64,000 bases of DNA from an uncultured archaeon (lineage in GTDB: Archaea > Asgardarchaeota > Lokiarchaeia > Sigyniarchaeales > SOKP01): positions 49,681 through 113,680 of the forward strand of contig CAZDTP010000004.1 in assembly GCA_964508365.1 (NCBI GenBank), written 5' to 3'. The notes beneath the pieces are model-generated. The model was not told the origin of the DNA and searched no databases. It worked only from the letters and a program-made list of their open reading frames with translations. The translations under genes were made by a program, and so were the position numbers. This document shows positions 58,559 to 64,000 of this stretch, one piece after another (the stretch's first letter is position 1; each line of letters begins with the position of its first letter).

Positions 58559-59848
58559 TTGGCTCAAAAAAATATTTATGAGTACGATGCTAAAAAGCTC
58601 ATAGCGAGCGAATTACCAAAATATTATCCGGATTTTGATTATCATAATAAATTAGTGGTAATTGATTGCGAGACTGATTTAGAAAAAACAATCTCAGATA
58701 ATTCGTGGATAAATACAGAAAAAGTTGTCGTTAAACCTGACCAACTTTTTGGAAAGAGAGGGAAGGCAAATTTACTTTTATTAGATGCAAATTGCGATGA
58801 AATGAAAGATTTCTGTTATAGCAATTTAGATAGAGTCTGCGAAATTGGCAATGTTAGTGGGGCCTTGAAGCGTTTAATTGTAGAACCTTTCATTCCTCAC
58901 GAAAAAGAATATTATGTTTCAATCACCACGGAAAGAAATAATGATGTAATTCATTTTAGTTTTGAAGGAGGGATATTTGTTGAGGAAAACTGGGATAAAG
59001 TGGTTCATGTTCCCATTCCTGTTGAAACTGACATAAATACTTTTGATTTAGAAGAGAAAATTCCAAATCTTGGAGATTTAAAAGATACAATAATCCCTTT
59101 TATTAAGGGGCTTTATCAAGTCTTTATTAATCAAGATTTTACATTTTTAGAAATTAATCCATTTGCTATTACGAAAGATAAAAAAGTTGTTCCTTTAGAT
59201 GTGAAAGCGAGACTCGATGATACTGCTGCATTTCTTCATACTGATACGTGGGGTAATCCTGAAAACCCCATTGAATTTCCAGCAGCTTTTGGCCAAATAA
59301 TGAGTGCTGAAGAAAAGAAAATTATGGAACTTGATGAAAAAACTGGAGCCTCATTAAAGTTAACCATTTTAAACAGGAACGGAAGAATCTGGACTATGGT
59401 TGCGGGTGGAGGAGCGAGTGTTGTTTATACAGATACAATTGCAGATTTGGGACTTGAAAAGGAATTATCTAATTATGGTGAATATTCAGGTAATCCTAGT
59501 CAAGAACATACAGAAATATATGCTCAAACATTAATAGATCTCATAACGGAAAACCCCGATCCTAAAGGACGCGAAAAATATTTTATTATAGGTGGGGGAA
59601 TTGCTAATTTTACAGATGTCAAAGCAACTTTCGGTGGAATTGTTAAAGCTATAAAGAAATCAGTGGATAAATTAAAGAAAGCTAATGTAAAAATCTTAGT
59701 TAGAAGAGGGGGACCCAATGAGAAGCAAGGTTTAGATTTAATGAGACAAGTTGGAGAAGAAACAGGCATCCCAATTGAAATTTACGATCGTTATAGCAGT
59801 ATGACGCGTCCAGTAGCACGAATGGTTGAAAAAATAAGAGGTGAATAA
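58559..59848 (+). CDS. aclB: ATP-citrate lyase beta subunit (ATP-grasp plus citrate-binding domain)
   Basis: VKPDQLFGKRGK, WTMVAGGGASVVYTD, NYGEYSGNP, GGGIANFTDV, VRRGGPN. Confidence 0.95.
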   Translation: MAQKNIYEYDAKKLIASELPKYYPDFDYHNKLVVIDCETDLEKTISDNSWINTEKVVVKPDQLFGKRGKANLLLLDANCDEMKDFCYSNLDRVCEIGNVSGALKRLIVEPFIPHEKEYYVSITTERNNDVIHFSFEGGIFVEENWDKVVHVPIPVETDINTFDLEEKIPNLGDLKDTIIPFIKGLYQVFINQDFTFLEINPFAITKDKKVVPLDVKARLDDTAAFLHTDTWGNPENPIEFPAAFGQIMSAEEKKIMELDEKTGASLKLTILNRNGRIWTMVAGGGASVVYTDTIADLGLEKELSNYGEYSGNPSQEHTEIYAQTLIDLITENPDPKGREKYFIIGGGIANFTDVKATFGGIVKAIKKSVDKLKKANVKILVRRGGPNEKQGLDLMRQVGEETGIPIEIYDRYSSMTRPVARMVEKIRGE

Positions 59849-59851
59849 TAA

Positions 59852-61687
59852 ATGGAAGATTACGAACTTTTTAATGAAAATACACAGGCCATAATATATG
59901 GACTACAAGCAGCTCCAGTTCTCAGAATGTTAGATTTTGATTATGTATGTTGTCGGAAAACACCATCTGTTGCTGCTATGATTCAACCTACTCAAGAGGC
60001 TGCGGTTGCGTATCATAAAGTATTCTGGGGGAGTAGCGAAATTGTTATTCCAGTTTATAAAACGTTAAATATGGCTATAAAAAAGCATCCTAAAGCAGAT
60101 GTAATGATAAATTTTGCATCTTTTCGCTCTGCATATAATACTAGTAAAGAAGCACTTGATTCAGATACGATTCGAGTTGTTGTAATTATTGCCGAAGGAG
60201 TGCCAGAAAGACAAAGTCAATTACTTAATAAGATTGCCTATAAACGTAATAAAGTTATAATAGGTCCTGCTACAGTAGGAGGTATAAAAGCTGGGGCTTT
60301 TAAAATCGGGAATACCGCAGGAACACTTGAAAATATTATTCTCTCAAAATTATATCGTCCAGGGTCAGTAGGTTTTGTTTCAAAGTCTGGTGGTTTAAGT
60401 AATGAAATGAATTTCATGATTGCCCAAAATACAGATGGAGTCTACGAATGTATCGCAATAGGAGGAGATCGCTATCCAGGGTCACGCCTAATCGATCACA
60501 TTTTAAGATACGAAGCAAATCCAAAAATCAAAATGCTAGTTTGTTTGGGTGAAATTGGAGGTACCGAAGAATATGAAATAGTTAACGCCTTAAAGAGTAA
60601 AAAGATCAAAAAACCTCTTGTTATATGGGTAACAGGAACTGCCGCAAGAATTTTACCTAAAGGATTACAATTTGGACATGCGGGTGCGATGGCTGGAAGT
60701 GATAGAGAAACTGCTGAAGCAAAAAATGAAGCACTTAAAAAGGCTGGAGCCATAGTTCCAACTTGTTATGAAGATTTCGATAAGTTTATCAAAGAAACAT
60801 TTGATAAATTAAAATCTGAAGATAAAATTGGATCAATTAAAGAAGTGGAACCCCCGAAAATTCCGCTTGATTATAATGAAGCCGTTCGTCTTGGAATAGT
60901 TCGACGCCAAACTGATGTTATTGTCACCATTTCAGATGATCGTGGAGATGTACCAACCTTTGCGGGTTTTGGACTTGATGAGATAATCCGCGAACATAAG
61001 TCGATAGGATATGTAATAGGTCTTCTGTGGTTCAAGAAAGAGTTACCAGAATTCGCTCAAGAATTCATAGAAATGGTTATAAAACTTACTGCCGACCATG
61101 GACCTGCTGTAAGTGGAGCTCATAATGCAATCGTTGCTGCACGTGCAGGTAAAGATTTAATGGCCTCTCTTGCGTCGGGAATATTGACAATTGGACCTCG
61201 TTTTGGGGGAGCAATTTCAGATGCGGCAAAATATTTTAGAGAAGCATTACAAAAACAAATGACTCCCTTGGAATTTGTGAGTTATATGAAAAATGTAGCA
61301 CAAGCGAATATCCCGGGAATCGGCCATAGGATAAAATCAGTTCAAAATCCAGACATCCGAGTAATTTTACTCAAAGAATTCGTTTTTAAAAATTTTCCAA
61401 AACATCCTCACTTAGATTACGCATTGGAAGTAGAAAAACTCACAACTTCTAAGCGTAATAACTTAATCTTAAATGTTGATGGATGTATTGGTATTACATT
61501 TTTGGACTTACTCGAAAATTTGGATTTCACTAAAGAGGAAATCGAGGATGTAATTGATAGCGAAGCGTTGAACGGTCTTTTTGTACTCGGAAGATCAATT
61601 GGAATGATGGGTCATGTTTTTGATCAGAAGCGTCAAAGAGCTGGCTTATATCGCCAACCTTGGGATGAGATACTATTCACAGAATAA
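59852..61687 (+). CDS. aclA: ATP-citrate lyase alpha subunit (CoA-binding, phospho-His, citryl-CoA lyase domain)
   Basis: IGPATVGGIK, SKSGGLSNE, FGHAGA, ADHGPAVSGAHN, GPRFGGA, LILNVDG, LYRQPWD. Confidence 0.95.
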   Translation: MEDYELFNENTQAIIYGLQAAPVLRMLDFDYVCCRKTPSVAAMIQPTQEAAVAYHKVFWGSSEIVIPVYKTLNMAIKKHPKADVMINFASFRSAYNTSKEALDSDTIRVVVIIAEGVPERQSQLLNKIAYKRNKVIIGPATVGGIKAGAFKIGNTAGTLENIILSKLYRPGSVGFVSKSGGLSNEMNFMIAQNTDGVYECIAIGGDRYPGSRLIDHILRYEANPKIKMLVCLGEIGGTEEYEIVNALKSKKIKKPLVIWVTGTAARILPKGLQFGHAGAMAGSDRETAEAKNEALKKAGAIVPTCYEDFDKFIKETFDKLKSEDKIGSIKEVEPPKIPLDYNEAVRLGIVRRQTDVIVTISDDRGDVPTFAGFGLDEIIREHKSIGYVIGLLWFKKELPEFAQEFIEMVIKLTADHGPAVSGAHNAIVAARAGKDLMASLASGILTIGPRFGGAISDAAKYFREALQKQMTPLEFVSYMKNVAQANIPGIGHRIKSVQNPDIRVILLKEFVFKNFPKHPHLDYALEVEKLTTSKRNNLILNVDGCIGITFLDLLENLDFTKEEIEDVIDSEALNGLFVLGRSIGMMGHVFDQKRQRAGLYRQPWDEILFTE

Positions 61688-61799
61688 CTTAAACAACTTC
61701 AAAGATATTAAAAATCTATAAAGATGCCAAAATAGAGTGATAATTTTTTTATTACTTATTTCTTTTTAATCCTAAAAATTAATAAATTGAGCAATTCGA

Positions 61800-62570
61800 T
61801 TAAGTTTTCTTTTTCTCTTCATAACCTGAACCATACGGTAAACCAAAGATTCCAGGTTTAACCATAGGAGCGTGAAAGTTTCCTTTAGCCCAAGGAGCAG
61901 GAAATCTCTGTGCAATAGCTGATGAGACTAATGCGATTATAAATATAAATATAAATAAAGCGTAATTACCCCAAATAGTTAGAAATCCCAAACTAATTGT
62001 GACATTAGGCAAGTGACAAGCAAAAGTTTTAATGAGAATCGATCTAGGCGTGTCATGCTCTGGACTAACATAAATATCCCAGAAATAAGCTTGTATGAAA
62101 TACTGCCACACCCCAATGCATATATAACTTAAAATATAAACAGCCCAGGGAGGAATACCTGTTAAGCTCCAAAGATGATAAACTGAAAGAAGGAGTCCCC
62201 CAGTACTAAAACCCCAAATTATTCCAAATGTAATTTCAGAACCAAGGTAATATTTACGGTCAAATTTAAGCGTACTGCGAGGCCAAATAATAACATATGC
62301 TAAAAAAACAAATATAAAGCAGAAAATCGCATATAAAATCCAGTAGGGGTTTGAAATTTGTTCAATAGCGAATAACGGTCTTGAAATTATCTGTTCTAAA
62401 GTACCAGAAGCAACGATAAATATATTACAGAAACAAAAGTAGATTAATGCCCGAGTCCATGCAGCACCTGGTTTCCAAACATCAATAGAGACCTTTCTAT
62501 ATTTAATCATATAAATTCCAATCAAACTTCCACCGAATACAACCAAAGAGATAATAAAAATGTGTATCAA
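61800..62570 (-). CDS. Hypothetical polytopic membrane protein
   Basis: About seven TMs; polar motif WDIYVSPEHDT...CHLPN. Confidence 0.6.
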   Translation of the reverse strand: MIHIFIISLVVFGGSLIGIYMIKYRKVSIDVWKPGAAWTRALIYFCFCNIFIVASGTLEQIISRPLFAIEQISNPYWILYAIFCFIFVFLAYVIIWPRSTLKFDRKYYLGSEITFGIIWGFSTGGLLLSVYHLWSLTGIPPWAVYILSYICIGVWQYFIQAYFWDIYVSPEHDTPRSILIKTFACHLPNVTISLGFLTIWGNYALFIFIFIIALVSSAIAQRFPAPWAKGNFHAPMVKPGIFGLPYGSGYEEKKKT

Positions 62571-62826
62571 TGTCTTAAATAAAATTTATTTGTTATTCAA
62601 GTTTTTATTGGCATTAATTAATATTAAACCTCTGGTTTTATCAATTTACATGATTATTAGCTCTATGTAAGAATTAAATATCGATTGCTTAGAACTAACT
62701 TAATTGAGTTAAGGGATATTATGGGAGAAATTGAATCAACACTTAATTAAATACAAATTTTTAAGAGATTAGAAATTTAATTTACTAGAAAAATAAATTG
62801 TATAATTAAAAAAGGAAAAAATTAAA

Positions 62827-64000
62827 ATGGAAGATGTAGTGAAAAAGGCAAAGGATCATTTTGAAGGATTGGTCAGAGCTCAGTTAAAAAGAATTGAGGA
62901 TTTAAAGAAAGGAGCAGATTGGATTGACTACTCGATATTGAAACCACTCATCATAGGAGTAGCTGGCGGAGATTATATTGGCCCAGAAATAACCAAACAT
63001 GCCGAAAATATTTTGAAGTTTCTTTTAAAGGAAGAAGTTGAAACGGGGAAAATTCAATTCAAAGATATTATAGGATTAACAATTGAAAATAGAGCGAATT
63101 TATTAAAAGCAATACCAGATGATGTTCTGACTGAGTTAAAGAAATGCCATGTGATTCTCAAGGGACCTACCCATACTCCTTCTTCAGCTGACGTAACTAC
63201 GGGCAAGTGGCCAAATTTAGAAAGCGCAAATGTTGCTATGCGTAGAGAATTAGATTTATTCGCAAATGTTCGTCCAGTTAAGGTTCCCAAATTGGGCATT
63301 GATTGGATGTTTTTTAGGGAGAACACAGAAGGAGCTTATGCATTAGGTTCAAAGGGAATTAATGTAACAGAAGACTTAGCTTTTGATTTTTGTGTCCATA
63401 CCAAACAAGGTACTGATAGAATCCTAAGACTAGCTTTTGATTATGCTAAAAAAACTGGAGCTAATAGAGTATCATTAATTACTAAAGCAAATGTAGTTAA
63501 AACTACCGATGGAATGTACTTAAATATGGCGAAAAAGATAGCAAAAGAAGAATATCCAGAGATTAAATTTGATGATTGGTACATTGACATCATGGCAGCA
63601 AAATTAATCGATCCTGAACGCCAAAAAGAATTTAGAGTATTTGTAGCTCCAAACTTATATGGTGACATCATAACTGACGAAGCTGCACAAATTCAAGGAT
63701 CCGTAGGAACCGCTGGTAGTGCAAATATTGGAAAACGATACGCGATGTTTGAAGCAATTCATGGTACAGCACCTAGAATGGTTGAAACAGGAAGAACTAA
63801 ATATGCTGATCCAACTAGTATTATTAAAGCTTCTGCTATGCTCTTAAATCACATAGGATTTATTGAAAAAGCCAAAAAACTTGAAATGGCATTAGAGGTC
63901 TGTGCAATTTATGAGAAAAAACTTATTGTTACAGGAAGGGACACGGGAACGACAGGGGAAGATTTCGGTAAATATATTATGGATACGCTAAAGGATCCAA
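62827..64000 (+). CDS. icd: Isocitrate dehydrogenase (isocitrate/isopropylmalate dehydrogenase family); runs off the window end
   Basis: Not in the ORF track. From ATG 62827: LKGPT, isocitrate-type ESANVAMRR, FANVRP, RENTEG, TKANV, PNLYGDI, EAIHGTAP. Confidence 0.85.
   Translation, partial: MEDVVKKAKDHFEGLVRAQLKRIEDLKKGADWIDYSILKPLIIGVAGGDYIGPEITKHAENILKFLLKEEVETGKIQFKDIIGLTIENRANLLKAIPDDVLTELKKCHVILKGPTHTPSSADVTTGKWPNLESANVAMRRELDLFANVRPVKVPKLGIDWMFFRENTEGAYALGSKGINVTEDLAFDFCVHTKQGTDRILRLAFDYAKKTGANRVSLITKANVVKTTDGMYLNMAKKIAKEEYPEIKFDDWYIDIMAAKLIDPERQKEFRVFVAPNLYGDIITDEAAQIQGSVGTAGSANIGKRYAMFEAIHGTAPRMVETGRTKYADPTSIIKASAMLLNHIGFIEKAKKLEMALEVCAIYEKKLIVTGRDTGTTGEDFGKYIMDTLKDP

Noticed and set aside
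624-63671. Numerous short ORF-track entries overlapping longer genes, mostly antisense (e.g. 624..890, 1110..1382, 3041..3334, 15632..15901, 18221..18610, 27646..27945, 60496..60753, 63054..63326, 63441..63671)
   Set aside because: They are shadows of well-supported genes, have no motifs, and show the Ser/Ile/Phe-rich composition typical of reverse-frame reads
58559-63999. ACL as proof of autotrophic reverse-TCA carbon fixation
   Set aside because: The fumarate reductase/sdhA here is destroyed, and 2-oxoglutarate and pyruvate synthases are not in the window; ACL alone is insufficient
1-64000. CRISPR arrays, tRNA/rRNA genes, inteins, integrases
   Set aside because: I saw no regularly spaced 25-40-bp repeats, no GC-rich structured RNA-like segments, no intein-sized insertions in the conserved enzymes and no recombinase motifs; tRNAscan-SE/Infernal would be needed to exclude small RNAs

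Overview
A 64 kb AT-rich archaeal chromosome segment, most likely an Asgard archaeon of the Lokiarchaeia/Promethearchaeota type. That assignment is inferred from the many SCP2-like and CCG-domain Fe-S proteins, zinc-ribbon membrane proteins, an IPGF C-terminal sorting signal, a UBC-like/JAMM fusion and a Ras-like stub. The left third is a redox cluster: FAD oxidoreductase, five HdrD/GlcF-like CCG proteins, ferredoxin, flavodoxin, SCP2-like proteins and 2-hydroxyacyl-CoA dehydratase subunits. From 26 kb to the end lies a dispersed citric-acid-cycle cluster: aconitase, citrate synthase, fumarase, a collapsed sdhA pseudogene, sucCD, a two-subunit ATP-citrate lyase and isocitrate dehydrogenase, plus the glycyl-radical enzyme HypD. 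Four accessory loci stand out: (i) a protein with four tandem ~65-aa HTH-like repeats whose putative recognition helices vary, fused to a possible nuclease domain; (ii) a 1272-aa SNAP/TPR-like solenoid fused to an intact nitrilase domain; (iii) a UEV/UBC-like-JAMM fusion bracketed by a 142-bp direct repeat; (iv) an archaeosortase next to an IPGF-CTERM substrate and a GT87-like glycosyltransferase. About ten intergenic spaces hold gene stubs, including internally collapsed genes and partial duplicates of neighbours. I saw no rRNA, tRNA, CRISPR array, transposase or integrase. All family calls come from motif recognition by eye; no database search was run.
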